From sequence record OQ721909: 64,000 nucleotides of DNA, one strand, 5' to 3'. Both the position numbers and the translations under genes were made by a program. This DNA is from Escherichia phage vB_VIPECOOM01. Every line of letters begins with the position of its first letter. Position 1 is the stretch's first letter. Under the pieces are notes generated by a model that saw only the letters and a list, made by a program, of their open reading frames with translations, searched no databases and was not told the origin of the DNA. Positions 50,682-61,064 of the stretch are shown one piece after another.

Positions 50682-53630
50682 ATGGCTACTTTAAAACAAA
50701 TACAATTTAAAAGAAGCAAAACCGCAGGTCAACTTCCTGCTGCTTCAGTATTAGCCGAAGGTGAATTGGCTATTAATTTAAAAGATAAAGCAATTTTCAC
50801 AAAAGATGATTCAGGCAATGTTATAGAATTAGGTTTAAAATATGGAGGAACAATTGATGGTTCTTTAACTGTTAATGGAAATATAACTGGAACTTTAATT
50901 GGAAATTCTAGCACAGCTACTAAATTGCAAACACCTAGGAAAATTAATGGTATATCCTTTGATGGGTCAAAAGATATCACGCTAACTCCATCTGACATAA
51001 ATGTCAATAGCACAACGTTTATAAAAAATAACGGCGAATTACCGGTTGATGCTAATTTAGATGAGTATGGGCCTGTTGAAGAATATCTTGGGGTTTGGTC
51101 GAAATCTACTTCAACAAATGCGCAACCGGCAAATAAATTCCCAGAAGAAAATGCCGTAGGTGTACTAGAAGTATTTGTGGCCGGTCAATTTGCTGGTACT
51201 CAGAGATATACTGTAAGATCTGGTAACGTATATGTTCGATCTTTGTCTGCTAAATGGAACGGTGTTAACGGTCCGTGGGGAGTTTGGCGTAATGTTCAAG
51301 CGTCAACTCGTCCACTTTCACAAACGATTGACCTTGATAGCTTGGGAGAATTAGAACATTGCGGCTTATGGCGAAATAGTTCAAGTGCTATTGCATCATT
51401 TGATCGCCATTATCCAGAAGAAGGATCAGCCGCACAAGGATTTTTAGAAATATTTGAAGGTGGTTTATACACGAGAACGCAGCGATATACTACCCGCATG
51501 GGTATGGTTTATACTCGTTGTCTCGCTGCCGCATGGGATGCTAGCGCACCCAAGTGGGAGGAATGGAAGCAGGTTGGTCATGGCACACCAGCGACTTTTT
51601 ATGATGGAGATCTGAATGATTTTAAAACTCCTGGGTTATATAATATTTTAGGCACTGATGCCGTTATTAATTGCCCTACAGGTGAAGGTTTACCAGCCGT
51701 TATTGTTGGTTTGCTAGAAGTTAAACAGCGTGCTTCTGGTGGTGCTATTTTCCAAAAATTTACTACTGCCGGAACGGGTGAAACTACTCGCGATCGTATT
51801 TTTGAGCGTGCATATACTGGTGGTGCGTGGGGTGCATGGAACGAAGTATATACATCTTATTCTCTGCCAATTACTTTGGGTATGGGTGGTATTAAAGCTC
51901 AATTATCGGAGTTAGATTGGCAAACCTTTGATTTTGTTCCTGGTAGTATGTTTAGCGTTCCTTTGAACAAAATAAAGAATATGCCAGCAAATATGGATTG
52001 GGGCACGATTGATGGAAACCTGGTTATGTTTTCCGTTGGTCCTAGCGAACATACTGGCACAGGACGTACTGTTCAGGTTTGGCGTGGTACTGTATCCCAG
52101 ACAAACTACCGTTATTTTGTTGTGCGTATAGCTGGAAATCCAGGAAACAGGACTAACACTTGTCGCCGTGTTGTTCTTGAAGACGGATCACATACTTGGA
52201 CTGCTCAACAAAACTTTAGGGGATTGCTAAATATCACCGCTGATATTAATCTTGGTGCTAATAAGAAAATTTCAATTGCTCCGGGAGCATATATTCAAGG
52301 CCCTGCTAGCGGTTCTGGTTCAAATACTTACGCAAATCAGAATACTACTATTGCGCCATTATATCAGGCCATTGACGATTCAAATAAAAACCAGTTTGCT
52401 CCTATTGTAAAACAGAAAAACACTGTAACAAATATTACTATGGCTTCTGGTATGGATATTGCTAGTTCAGAATATCGTATCATTGCTCAAGGTGATTTAT
52501 CCGCTACTGGAACTACAGCTAATGAATTAGCTACATGGCGTTTCTTGCCGTCTGGCCGATTCATGTCACAAAGTCGAGTTTATGCTGGCGCAGCATTCTT
52601 GAACACTGATGGTAACATTGCTGGTTCAATCTGGAAGAAATACAACGATGCAACCAACTTAGACGCTGCTTTGAATACTCGCGTAGGTAAAAGCGGTGAT
52701 ATTATGACCGGACGCTTGACAATTCAAAGCCCAGGTGATTCTATTGTATTATCAGCACCTGCTAGTAATTCTTTGCATATTCGTGGTGACGTAGACGGGA
52801 CTGGTAACTGGTATATTGGTAAGGGTGGTGATGATAATGGATTAGCGTTCTATAGTTATGCTACTAATGCTGGTGTATACATTACAAACGCAGGAGATAT
52901 CACGCTAAGTCCAAAAGGCGTCGAAATGGCTCATGTCAATAACATTCGATTATATGTTCATGGTGAACGTTGGACCGCTAGTCAACCAGGTGATTGGGGC
53001 AACCAATGGCGAGTAGAAGCGCCAATATTCGTCGATCATGGTTATGTTGGATCAGATAGCTATTATCCAATTATTAAAGGAAGAAGTGTAGTCACCAATC
53101 AAGGGTTTGTAACTGCCGTCGATCTTGGTATTCGTCGTGTCCCTAATAATTGGGGACAAGCAATTATTCGTGTTGGATCTGCGGAGGCATCGCCAGCGGC
53201 TGGACACCCTAACGCGGTATTTGAATTTCATTACGACGGTACTTTCTATTCTCCTGGTAATGGTAACTTTAACGATGTGTATATTCGTTCCGATGGTCGA
53301 CTTAAGATCAATAAAGAAGAGTTAGAAAACGGAGCACTTGAAAAAGTATGCCGACTGAAGGTTTATACATACGATAAGGTTAAGTCTATTAAAGATCGTA
53401 GTGTTATTAAACGTGAAGTTGGTATTATTGCTCAGGATCTTGAAAAAGAATTACCGGAAGCTGTGTCTAAAGTTGAAGTTGATGGATCTGATGTTCTGAC
53501 AATTTCTAACTCCGCTGTGAATGCTCTTTTAATTAAGGCTATCCAAGAAATGAGCGAAGAAATTAAAGAATTAAAAACGCCTTTCTTCACTAAAATTGCT
53601 CGCAAAATTAGTAATTATTTTAAATTCTAA
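50682..53630 (+). CDS. 37: Long tail fibre distal subunit gp37 (T2-type, with C-terminal chaperone-like domain)
   Basis: 982-aa ORF; conserved gp37 N-terminus [37 protein letters not shown]; ends in [15 protein letters not shown]...[14 protein letters not shown], resembling intramolecular-chaperone (S74-type) fibre domains. Confidence 0.9.
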   Translation: MATLKQIQFKRSKTAGQLPAASVLAEGELAINLKDKAIFTKDDSGNVIELGLKYGGTIDGSLTVNGNITGTLIGNSSTATKLQTPRKINGISFDGSKDITLTPSDINVNSTTFIKNNGELPVDANLDEYGPVEEYLGVWSKSTSTNAQPANKFPEENAVGVLEVFVAGQFAGTQRYTVRSGNVYVRSLSAKWNGVNGPWGVWRNVQASTRPLSQTIDLDSLGELEHCGLWRNSSSAIASFDRHYPEEGSAAQGFLEIFEGGLYTRTQRYTTRMGMVYTRCLAAAWDASAPKWEEWKQVGHGTPATFYDGDLNDFKTPGLYNILGTDAVINCPTGEGLPAVIVGLLEVKQRASGGAIFQKFTTAGTGETTRDRIFERAYTGGAWGAWNEVYTSYSLPITLGMGGIKAQLSELDWQTFDFVPGSMFSVPLNKIKNMPANMDWGTIDGNLVMFSVGPSEHTGTGRTVQVWRGTVSQTNYRYFVVRIAGNPGNRTNTCRRVVLEDGSHTWTAQQNFRGLLNITADINLGANKKISIAPGAYIQGPASGSGSNTYANQNTTIAPLYQAIDDSNKNQFAPIVKQKNTVTNITMASGMDIASSEYRIIAQGDLSATGTTANELATWRFLPSGRFMSQSRVYAGAAFLNTDGNIAGSIWKKYNDATNLDAALNTRVGKSGDIMTGRLTIQSPGDSIVLSAPASNSLHIRGDVDGTGNWYIGKGGDDNGLAFYSYATNAGVYITNAGDITLSPKGVEMAHVNNIRLYVHGERWTASQPGDWGNQWRVEAPIFVDHGYVGSDSYYPIIKGRSVVTNQGFVTAVDLGIRRVPNNWGQAIIRVGSAEASPAAGHPNAVFEFHYDGTFYSPGNGNFNDVYIRSDGRLKINKEELENGALEKVCRLKVYTYDKVKSIKDRSVIKREVGIIAQDLEKELPEAVSKVEVDGSDVLTISNSAVNALLIKAIQEMSEEIKELKTPFFTKIARKISNYFKF

Positions 53631-53662
53631 CAACAAGGGGCTTTGCCCCTTTGGAGAAAATT

Positions 53663-54463
53663 ATGGCAGTAGTTGGTGTTCCCGGTTGGATTGGAAGTTC
53701 ATCTGTAAATGAAACAGGACAACGATGGATGAGTCAAGCGGCTGGTCAATTAAGATTGGGTGTTCCTTGCTGGATGAGCCAATTCGCCGGACGCTCAAGA
53801 GAGATTATTCATACCGTAACAGCAAACCATAACTTTAATGGTCAATGGTTCCGCGACCGTTGCTTTGAAGCTGGCGGTGCACCCATTGTATTCAATATTG
53901 TTGGTGATATCGTTTCTTATTCTAAAGATGTGCCACTTTTCTTTATGTATGGGGATACGCCTAATGAATATGTTGTTCTTAATATTCATGGCGGTGTTCA
54001 TATGTGGGGTCGTGGTGGTAATGGTGGATACACTCACTCAGGAGGCGACGGTAACGGTACACAAGGCGGTCATGTTATTCAAAATGATATCGGTGGACGG
54101 CTTCGTATTTGGAACTACGGTGTTATAGCTGCTGGCGGTGGTGGTGGTGGCGGTATTGCATATCGTCCACACTCAGGGGCAAACTGGCAAGATATCGGTG
54201 GCGGTGGCGGTCGACCTTTCGGTGGTGCTGGCGGTGGCGGTTATTCCGGTGGTGCTGCTTCGTATGAAGGTCCGGGTGGTGGTTATGACTATGGTAACGC
54301 ACACTCCGGCGCAGGCGGTAATGCTGGTGCTGCTGGTCAGAATGCATGGTATGACGGCGGTAAAGTTCTTAAAGTTGGTGTTGGTGGTGCGTCTGGTCAT
54401 GCAGTGTTTGGATCTTCTCCAACTTGGGGTGCTGTTGGAACAATTTACGGACCAAGAGTATAA
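53663..54463 (+). CDS. 38: gp38 receptor-recognising adhesin (T2-type, glycine-rich motifs)
   Basis: ATG at 53663 with a GGAG RBS (track starts at TTG 53651); N-terminus [51 protein letters not shown] followed by poly-Gly motifs separating variable segments. Confidence 0.85.
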   Translation: MAVVGVPGWIGSSSVNETGQRWMSQAAGQLRLGVPCWMSQFAGRSREIIHTVTANHNFNGQWFRDRCFEAGGAPIVFNIVGDIVSYSKDVPLFFMYGDTPNEYVVLNIHGGVHMWGRGGNGGYTHSGGDGNGTQGGHVIQNDIGGRLRIWNYGVIAAGGGGGGGIAYRPHSGANWQDIGGGGGRPFGGAGGGGYSGGAASYEGPGGGYDYGNAHSGAGGNAGAAGQNAWYDGGKVLKVGVGGASGHAVFGSSPTWGAVGTIYGPRV

Positions 54464-54493
54464 TTTGAATAAATATCCTTAAAAGGAGGGTCT

Positions 54494-55150
54494 ATGGCAG
54501 CACCTAGAATATCATTTTCGCCCTCTGATATTCTGTTGGGTGTTCTAGATCGCTTGTTCAAAGATAATGCTACCGGGAAAGTTCTTGCTTCCCGGGTAGC
54601 TGTCGTAATTCTTTTGTTTATAATGGCGATTGTTTGGTATAGGGGAGATAGTTTCTTTGAGTACTATAAGCAATCAAAGTATGAAACATACAGTGAAATT
54701 ATTGAAAAGGAAAGAAATGCACGCTTTGAATCTGTCGCCCTGGAACAACTCCAGATAGTTCATATATCATCTGAGGCAGACTTTAGTGCGGTGTATTCTT
54801 TCCGCCCTAAAAACTTAAACTATTTTGTTGATATTATAGCATATGAAGGAAAATTACCTTCAACAATAAGTGAAAAATCACTTGGAGGATATCCTGTTGA
54901 TAAAACTATGGATGAATATGCAGTTCATTTAAATGGACGTCATTATTATTCAAACTCAAAATTTGCTTTTTTACCAACTAAAAAGCCTACTCCCGAAATA
55001 AATTACATGTACAGTTGTCCATATTTTAATTTGGATAATATCTATGCTGGAACAATAACCATGTACTGGTATAGAAATGATCATATAAGTAATGACCGCC
55101 TTGAATCAATATGTGCTCAGGCGGCCAGAATATTAGGAAGGGCTAAATAA
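54494..55150 (+). CDS. t: Holin T
   Basis: 218-aa ORF MAAPRISFSPSDILLGVLDRLFKDNATGKVLASRVAVVILLFIMAIVWYRG with a single TMD and large periplasmic domain; matches T4 T. Confidence 0.95.
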   Translation: MAAPRISFSPSDILLGVLDRLFKDNATGKVLASRVAVVILLFIMAIVWYRGDSFFEYYKQSKYETYSEIIEKERNARFESVALEQLQIVHISSEADFSAVYSFRPKNLNYFVDIIAYEGKLPSTISEKSLGGYPVDKTMDEYAVHLNGRHYYSNSKFAFLPTKKPTPEINYMYSCPYFNLDNIYAGTITMYWYRNDHISNDRLESICAQAARILGRAK

Positions 55151-55423
55151 TTATTTGTTTGTATACATCTCTAGATATCGATATACACCCTCAAAACCCT
55201 CGTTGAATTCGTCGATGAGGGTTTTCTTATCTTCTTGAGTTAATTCAGAAACAATTTTACGGAATGAATTCTGATTTAACTTTCTACCTTCATGCGTTAC
55301 TCCAATCTCATTCAGAAATGCAATAAAATTAGCACGATTCTCAACAATATCTTCTCTGGAAAATTTAATCAAAATAGACGCAACAGTAATAATTTCACGA
55401 ACTGTATCAATATTTTTATTCAT
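55151..55423 (-). CDS. asiA: Anti-sigma70 factor AsiA
   Basis: 90-aa ORF MNKNIDTVREIITVASILIKFSREDIVENRANFIAFLNEIGVTHEGRKLNQ, matches T4 AsiA. Confidence 0.95.
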   Translation of the reverse strand: MNKNIDTVREIITVASILIKFSREDIVENRANFIAFLNEIGVTHEGRKLNQNSFRKIVSELTQEDKKTLIDEFNEGFEGVYRYLEMYTNK

Positions 55424-55435
55424 TAACTATACCAC

Positions 55436-55588
55436 TCAATTAGTTGACTTTGTTATAATATCATCAGACGCTTGATTTGTAAACTGGTCTGTGGTATTTT
55501 CTTCAAAAATTTTTTCTACGAATTCCTTGAACGACTCACGTTCCTGAGCTACATTATGCTCGATTACTTTTTCAAGATTATGACTCAT
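55436..55588 (-). CDS. Small acidic protein, 50 aa
   Basis: Hand-translated MSHNLEKVIEHNVAQERESFKEFVEKIFEENTTDQFTNQASDDIITKSTN; ATG overlaps the arn stop (ATGA); below the track size cut-off. Confidence 0.4.
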   Translation of the reverse strand: MSHNLEKVIEHNVAQERESFKEFVEKIFEENTTDQFTNQASDDIITKSTN

Positions 55589-55863
55589 TCGAAATAATCT
55601 TCAATTTCATAATCAAGGACATAAATCATTATAGTTTTTAATACATCATCAATACTTTTTCCTGGAGCTGGAATTACGTAAAAATATCCCGCCTTTGAGT
55701 TATCTTTATAAGTTCCAATCAAGAAATCATTATTCCCAAGATGTAGTTCTTCAACTAATTCATTAACAATTGAGTGGTATAAATTTGGTAGAAACTTGTA
55801 TAGCTTTTCTAGAATATCAATTTTGATTGTGTATTGAACCACAGATTGAGAATCAATAATCAT
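55585..55863 (-). CDS. arn: Arn (anti-restriction nuclease, McrBC inhibitor)
   Basis: 92-aa acidic ORF MIIDSQSVVQYTIKIDILEKLYKFLPNLYHSIVNELVEELHLGNNDFLIGTYKD, matches T4 Arn. Confidence 0.9.
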   Translation of the reverse strand: MIIDSQSVVQYTIKIDILEKLYKFLPNLYHSIVNELVEELHLGNNDFLIGTYKDNSKAGYFYVIPAPGKSIDDVLKTIMIYVLDYEIEDYFE

Positions 55864-55946
55864 AGACCTTCCCCTTATGTTTCTGTTTGCGATTAGATTC
55901 TTTAAATGCTTTCTTCTTATCTTTGTGGACAGAAGCTTTATTAAAA

Positions 55947-56165
55947 TTATGTTTTGCGACTAAATTGTTCATAATGCTGAATTACCTCTCTTAAACATTT
56001 GCATGTGAATGAAAACTTTTTAGCTACACCACATTCAAATATATGTTCTCTTAAATCACGCGTGTCAGTATATCCCATCTCAACAATAAAATGCCGTATT
56101 AGATTTTTATCTTTATCATTGAGAGAATTAAAATAATCGGATTTTGAATTAATTTCCCTGGCCAA
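55947..56165 (-). CDS. Hypothetical Cys-containing protein, 72 aa (position of T4 arn.1)
   Basis: ORF with TTG start in the track; start uncertain; CxxxxxC...C.C motifs. Confidence 0.45.
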   Translation of the reverse strand: MAREINSKSDYFNSLNDKDKNLIRHFIVEMGYTDTRDLREHIFECGVAKKFSFTCKCLREVIQHYEQFSRKT

Positions 56166-56445
56166 ATTGAATAACCTTTAGTTGACGTTTTAGTTCTTTT
56201 ATCATTTCTTCGTTCATCGCAATATAAAGATCGCGTAAAGCAGGTTTTAGCATTCCATTTACTGGAGAACTAAATGGACATACATAATCTTTTCCTACGA
56301 GCTTTTTGGTGAATTCCATATCACAGAACTGAAATGCCGGTTCATTGGCATAAATTCCCCAATTAGTTGACATCATTTTATTGGCATATTCCAACGCCTG
56401 GATTTGATTCTTAATTCCATCAATTTGAAACTTTTTAATATTCAT
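56149..56445 (-). CDS. Hypothetical protein, 98 aa (position of T4 arn.2)
   Basis: ATG ORF, 1-nt overlap with the upstream gene. Confidence 0.5.
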   Translation of the reverse strand: MNIKKFQIDGIKNQIQALEYANKMMSTNWGIYANEPAFQFCDMEFTKKLVGKDYVCPFSSPVNGMLKPALRDLYIAMNEEMIKELKRQLKVIQFGQGN

Positions 56446-56906
56446 TAGTAAAGGTCCTCAGAGTAAAGTTCTTTTTCACTACCACCGCGTTCAATACGTA
56501 CTTGTCCGGCGTAAGTTGCAATAATCATTGCTTCTTCACGTGTCCAGTAATTGCTATACTGATCAATAAACCCTTGGTCATCATCACAAACTTGCTGAGT
56601 AACTAATTGGGGTTTAACTACATCTAAAACTTCTGCCATATCTTTAGAATAATGACGAGCACCTGGAATAACAAGAGTTCGTCCATCTTTTAATTTAAAA
56701 CGGTTGGCGGCACAAACAATTCGTCGTTGATACTTTTGGTTTTCATCCCAGTATGCGGTCTGCCAACAGATTTCAGGAACTTCTTTCAGAATATCTTCTT
56801 CTGTGCATTTATAACCATGTGCTTTAAATTTTTCAACAAGACTTTCTGGAGTTTCACGAGATAAAGGAACATTCAGCATTTTTAAACGATTAATAAATGG
56901 GTTCAT
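56445..56906 (-). CDS. Hypothetical protein, 153 aa (position of T4 arn.3)
   Basis: ATG ORF; synteny only. Confidence 0.55.
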   Translation of the reverse strand: MNPFINRLKMLNVPLSRETPESLVEKFKAHGYKCTEEDILKEVPEICWQTAYWDENQKYQRRIVCAANRFKLKDGRTLVIPGARHYSKDMAEVLDVVKPQLVTQQVCDDDQGFIDQYSNYWTREEAMIIATYAGQVRIERGGSEKELYSEDLY

Positions 56907-57247
56907 TTAAACCATCCTTTAATACGCTGCCACAGAGTTTTCTGTTGAGCTTTGTTAACACCAATTGAGCGAATAACTGGCTGAGATTCCTGGAATTCTT
57001 TATAATCAGCAAGGTAAATTTCGTAAGCCGATTGAACAAAGGTACTAATCGCTGCCATGAAGTTTTTACGTACACCGCCAGGAGCTACTCCGTTAGGTAA
57101 TTCAGAATTTTCACGAATAATTAAATATAGCCCAGTTCTAACTTTAACAATAGTTCCAAGATAAGCTCCATGATACCAGATATCCCACCCCTCTTGAGTG
57201 GGTTCTGCACAACGACGAAGTTCATTAACAATTTCTAACTTGTTCAT
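56903..57247 (-). CDS. Hypothetical protein, 114 aa (position of T4 arn.4)
   Basis: ATG ORF, 4-nt overlap with the downstream gene. Confidence 0.55.
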   Translation of the reverse strand: MNKLEIVNELRRCAEPTQEGWDIWYHGAYLGTIVKVRTGLYLIIRENSELPNGVAPGGVRKNFMAAISTFVQSAYEIYLADYKEFQESQPVIRSIGVNKAQQKTLWQRIKGWFK

Positions 57248-57257
57248 TATTTATTCC

Positions 57258-57893
57258 TCACAGTTCAGATGCTACGGTGATTACTGCTTCAATGTTTTCT
57301 GCCGAGCGTTTAATGTCAAGATACACATTGCCGTTTTTAGCGATTTTACATGACATTCCAATATCAGTAAATTTCTGAATATGGTGTTCCATCATTTTGT
57401 ATCCAAAAATTCGCATATTTCCATTGTTATTAATTTCAAAATTACGAATTCCGTGAGTGCGTTTTTCTAAAATAGCAAGATAGTTACTGCGGTAAGTTTC
57501 AACCTTTTTAAGAACAAATCCATTTTCATCTAAAAGTTTTAGCATAAGGTCTTTATCTTCTTCCATATCGGAAGTAATCTCACGAGCTTTACGAGTTGCT
57601 CGTTTTTTCAGTAGTTCAGGAGCATTTTCCTGTGCATATAAAGTTGCCGCATTTGAAATAATATCCTGAGCTTCACCAGTAATGATTAATCCATCACCAG
57701 ATTTCTCCACCAGGCCTTTTTTAATCAATACCCCAATATTACTATTAACTACTGCATTACCTAAATCTGGATGCACCTCACGAACTTCTGCGGCTGTAAT
57801 GAAATCTTTCTTAGCAATGGTAATTAAAATCGCAGCAGTTTTTTCATTCAGAACATCGTTAGAAGCTTTGATGATGTAAGTTACTTTAGACAT
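57258..57893 (-). CDS. motA: MotA middle-transcription activator
   Basis: 211-aa ORF MSKVTYIIKASNDVLNEKTAAILITIAKKDFITAAEVREVHPDLGNAVV, matches T4 MotA. Confidence 0.95.
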   Translation of the reverse strand: MSKVTYIIKASNDVLNEKTAAILITIAKKDFITAAEVREVHPDLGNAVVNSNIGVLIKKGLVEKSGDGLIITGEAQDIISNAATLYAQENAPELLKKRATRKAREITSDMEEDKDLMLKLLDENGFVLKKVETYRSNYLAILEKRTHGIRNFEINNNGNMRIFGYKMMEHHIQKFTDIGMSCKIAKNGNVYLDIKRSAENIEAVITVASEL

Positions 57894-57998
57894 TTTAATC
57901 TCCGTTTCAGTTCATTTATTTGATAGGTCTATAGTATCATGTTTAAAGCAGAAGTAAACACTTTTTTGCACTCTTTTTCAAGAGCTCTAATAAAGTAC

Positions 57999-58226
57999 TT
58001 ACTTAATGTTCAGATTACGAACTTCGATTTCGTCTTCATGGGCAAAATCAAACTGTTTGAATTCTGTGTCACCTTTAAATTTAAAAATCATTGTGAAGAA
58101 AGTCAGAACACCAGGTTTTTCTTCACGAACTCCACAGATGTCATATTCAATACCATCTACAACCAGTTTGTTAGCAGTCAGAGCATTTTTAGCTTTAACT
58201 ATTTCGTTTTCGATTTTAAATTTCAT
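57999..58226 (-). CDS. Hypothetical protein, about 75 aa (position of T4 motA.1)
   Basis: ATG at 58226 with a GGAG RBS (MKFKIENEIVK...); the track's longer version begins upstream without an RBS. Confidence 0.5.
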   Translation of the reverse strand: MKFKIENEIVKAKNALTANKLVVDGIEYDICGVREEKPGVLTFFTMIFKFKGDTEFKQFDFAHEDEIEVRNLNIK

Positions 58227-58276
58227 TTTTTTGTATCTCCGGGTTGTTTGTTTCAGTTCATTTATTTGATAGTTGT

Positions 58277-58306
58277 ATAGTACCATAAAGCTTTATGCTT
58301 GTAAAC
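58277..58306 (-). promoter_or_regulatory. Early-type sigma70 promoter
   Basis: Minus strand GTTTAC, 18 nt (containing the palindrome CATAAAGCTTTATG), TACTAT; same cassette as 41584-41613 and 62137-62166. Confidence 0.45.
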
Positions 58307-58325
58307 CGTTTTGTGAAAAAATTTG

Positions 58326-58355
58326 AAATAAAAAAGGGAGAGCCTCGGCTCTCCC
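58326..58355 (-). terminator. Rho-independent terminator
   Basis: GGGAGAGC-CTCG-GCTCTCCC hairpin followed on the minus strand by TTTTTT. Confidence 0.6.
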
Positions 58356-58360
58356 TAAAA

Positions 58361-58510
58361 TTACTGCATGACTGTGATAACTGTCATGATAACACGTTGA
58401 ATTCCGAACGCAAGAAGACCTCCTGCTACGGCAGGAACAACACCTAAACCCGCCAGTAAAATGCCACCAGATACTAATGCAGCGCTTGTAATACCTATGA
58501 ATGGACTCAT
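58361..58510 (-). CDS. Small hydrophobic membrane peptide, 49 aa
   Basis: Hand-translated MSPFIGITSAALVSGGILLAGLGVVPAVAGGLLAFGIQRVIMTVITVMQ; ATG overlaps the gene 52 stop (ATGA); terminator follows. Confidence 0.5.
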   Translation of the reverse strand: MSPFIGITSAALVSGGILLAGLGVVPAVAGGLLAFGIQRVIMTVITVMQ

Positions 58511-59835
58511 TTGATTTCCTCTAAATCTTTGGTGTATTCTGTAACTACATCAGTAGTTTTCCAATATTCGTTTTCTTCTTTTTTAGCTTTAGCTTCTTCA
58601 GCAAGTTTCTTTGCTTCGTCGGAAGTCATATGAAAAATATTCATTCCAACTAGTTTATCAACATAAGAAGAATACATATCAATTTTAGAAAGTTCTTCGG
58701 TCAGTTCTTTGCGAGTTTTACCTTGTACAACAATTTCACCTGAAATTACTTTCTTAATGAAATGTGCCTTGGCAAAGGCTAAACGAAATGCTGATTCAGT
58801 TTCTTTGATTTTGTTATCAATTCGTTTTTGGACATAAGTTTTACGAACTTCAACGAAGTCTTTGATTAAATCAACTACGTTATCGTAAACTTGTAGTTTT
58901 CCTTTCTCATTAATAACGGTAATATTCTGGGAACGACGCTCAATCAACCCGAAGTCTTTCATAATTTTTGCATGGCGTTCTTCTTCGTTATCGCTTAAGG
59001 AATATTCTTTACGGAATTTAACTTTGAAGCCAAAACCATGCTCACCGCAAGCATCATCCCACGTAATGAAACCTTTATCTTCAAGCGGGTCTAAGATTTT
59101 ACTCACATAAGTTTCACGATCATACTTATACGGAATCTCAGTGATATGCATTTGAGTTCGTGAAGTAAACTTGTACGTTCCACGAATTTCATATTGACCG
59201 TCAATTTCAACGACTTCACCGCGAAATTCTGGAAATTCTACCTTCGGTTTAGTTACTTTCTTTCCTTGAAGAGCTTGTAGTACAGCTTTCTTGACAGAAG
59301 AAACGCTATGAGGAAGAATGTAAGTTGCATAACCAGTTGCAATACCGGAAACACCATTAAGAAGAACGGTAGGAATAATAGGCAAATAGAAAGCAGGCGG
59401 AATGTGTTCTTTATCTTGATGTACCGGAGCATATTCAGTATCTTTATATACGCTATAGAAATTTTTACTTACACGAGCAAAAATATAACGACTTGCTGCT
59501 GCTTTTTGAACGGTACGAGAACCAAAGTTTCCTTGACCATCTAACAAAGGAAAGTTATTATTCCAAGTGTTAGCCATCAAAGCCCCCGCATCTTGTGCAG
59601 AGTTTTCACCATGATGATATCCAAGGTCAGCTACACCACCTGCAATAGAAGCAAGTTTGTGAAACTTATCTTTATTTCCTCGCGCCAAATCAAGAGCTCG
59701 AGCAATAACAAATCGTTGAACTGGCTTAAATCCATCAATCATATTTGGAATAGCACGATTTTCAACCGTGTACATAGCATAAGCCAGTGCTTCATTATCA
59801 ATGATACTTTTTAAATCGCGATTATTCAGTTGCAT
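58507..59835 (-). CDS. 52: DNA topoisomerase II medium subunit gp52
   Basis: 442-aa ORF MQLNNRDLKSIIDNEALAYAMYTVENRAIPNMIDGFKPVQRFV (GyrA-like breakage-reunion domain); matches T4 gp52. Confidence 0.95.
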   Translation of the reverse strand: MQLNNRDLKSIIDNEALAYAMYTVENRAIPNMIDGFKPVQRFVIARALDLARGNKDKFHKLASIAGGVADLGYHHGENSAQDAGALMANTWNNNFPLLDGQGNFGSRTVQKAAASRYIFARVSKNFYSVYKDTEYAPVHQDKEHIPPAFYLPIIPTVLLNGVSGIATGYATYILPHSVSSVKKAVLQALQGKKVTKPKVEFPEFRGEVVEIDGQYEIRGTYKFTSRTQMHITEIPYKYDRETYVSKILDPLEDKGFITWDDACGEHGFGFKVKFRKEYSLSDNEEERHAKIMKDFGLIERRSQNITVINEKGKLQVYDNVVDLIKDFVEVRKTYVQKRIDNKIKETESAFRLAFAKAHFIKKVISGEIVVQGKTRKELTEELSKIDMYSSYVDKLVGMNIFHMTSDEAKKLAEEAKAKKEENEYWKTTDVVTEYTKDLEEIK

Positions 59836-59839
59836 AAAT

Positions 59840-59980
59840 TTACCATACTAGTGAATGTAGTGCCATAATAACATCAGAAATGAAAAGCACGACTTGAATT
59901 AATCCGAACATTACTCCATAATATAGCGCTACCAATAAAGTAGCAAGGGCTACCGAGTAGCCCAAGATTTTCTTAATCAT
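59840..59980 (-). CDS. Small membrane peptide, 46 aa (position of T4 52.1)
   Basis: Hand-translated MIKKILGYSVALATLLVALYYGVMFGLIQVVLFISDVIMALHSLVW. Confidence 0.45.
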   Translation of the reverse strand: MIKKILGYSVALATLLVALYYGVMFGLIQVVLFISDVIMALHSLVW

Positions 59981-60131
59981 TAGTAGATAACAACACAAAT
60001 GTTAAATATGCACACATACCCTGGGCTAAAGCTTGTGAAAACACACTGCTAGCATCAATACAGATAGTTAAAACACATGCTACTATCCAACAAATGAATG
60101 AAATAACTCCTAATAATTTTGCAATATTCAT
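59973..60131 (-). CDS. Small membrane peptide, 52 aa (candidate acriflavine-resistance protein Ac, by position)
   Basis: Hand-translated MNIAKLLGVISFICWIVACVLTICIDASSVFSQALAQGMCAYLTFVLLSTND; lies between gene 52 and stp, where T4 ac maps. Confidence 0.45.
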   Translation of the reverse strand: MNIAKLLGVISFICWIVACVLTICIDASSVFSQALAQGMCAYLTFVLLSTND

Positions 60132-60138
60132 ATTTTCC

Positions 60139-60219
60139 TCACTGGCGTCCGAAAACGCCTTTAGTTTTAAGATTGTTACGATAGAACTGCATTACATGTT
60201 CGTTATGGAAATTACTCAT
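60139..60219 (-). CDS. stp: Stp peptide (alters host restriction complex; triggers PrrC anticodon nuclease)
   Basis: Hand-translated 26 aa [26 protein letters not shown], the T4 Stp sequence as I recall it; ATG overlaps the ndd stop (TAATG). Confidence 0.85.
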
Positions 60220-60674
60220 TAGTATGCCTGCAAAACAAATTTAAAGTTATCAGCCAACATACGGTTCATTTCTTCAAGCGTTTGATACTCAGAATGATGA
60301 TTACGAGTAAACGCTAAAGCTAACTGACCTTTTCCAAATCCCGTCGTCAGAGGTTTCATCTTAGAAGCAGGCAAATAAAATACTGTGTATGGAACATTGT
60401 TATTTGCAATAGTACGCGCAAGCTGAGACCGACGCTGACGAATATGACTTAGAACTGCGCTGAATCCTTGCTTAGAACGTTGATTACCTACATAAAATCG
60501 TGCAGATACACACGGACTATCAAATGGACCGCCAAATTTGCTCACTAAAAAGTAAAATCCAGGGTTAGACAAAATGTCTTTATGCGGAGTTCCAAAAACC
60601 CATTCACCGCCCTTGATTGTACCAATAACAGTTGCGCCTGCATTATTCAAATCAGTAACAGTCATATATTTCAT
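60219..60674 (-). CDS. ndd: Ndd nucleoid disruption protein
   Basis: 151-aa [36 protein letters not shown]; same size and position as T4 Ndd. Confidence 0.88.
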
Positions 60675-60733
60675 GTTATTTTCCTCTAATTATTTTCTAC
60701 TCCAAGGCCGCATGAATACACACGGCCGATAAA

Positions 60734-60949
60734 TTAATCGTCGCAGTCGACGCTCAATTCCCAGAACTCTTCTACAGTATAAGTTTCAGTATCATTTTCA
60801 ATACAGAAACGTTCATTACTGTTATTTGCTAAAGTAGCGTTAACTGTCATTTTCTCGCTAGTGCTTTTAAGAGGTGAAATACGAATTAACTGATCACCAT
60901 TATCTAAACAGAAAATTTCACCGACCTTTACATCTTTAAAAATTTTCAT
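60734..60949 (-). CDS. Hypothetical protein, 71 aa (ndd.1 region)
   Basis: ATG ORF; synteny only. Confidence 0.5.
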   Translation of the reverse strand: MKIFKDVKVGEIFCLDNGDQLIRISPLKSTSEKMTVNATLANNSNERFCIENDTETYTVEEFWELSVDCDD

Positions 60950-61064
60950 AATTCACCTCAAGGAGTATAAAATCCAAACGCAGTTGTTGACCATCCCATC
61001 CAGTATGGGAAATTTGCACCAATGTAAAACATAAGAATATAAAACCAACCACTCAGCAAATTCA

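Noticed and set aside
54123-54482. His/Arg-rich (minus) and Val/Leu-rich (plus) ORFs overlapping gene 38
   Set aside because: They are alternative-frame readings of the GGN-rich glycine-motif DNA of gp38, not independent genes.
55853-55972. Possible 39-aa Lys-rich ORF overlapping the arn start and the arn.1-position ORF
   Set aside because: Overlaps two better-supported ORFs in other frames and has only a distant RBS; too weak to call.
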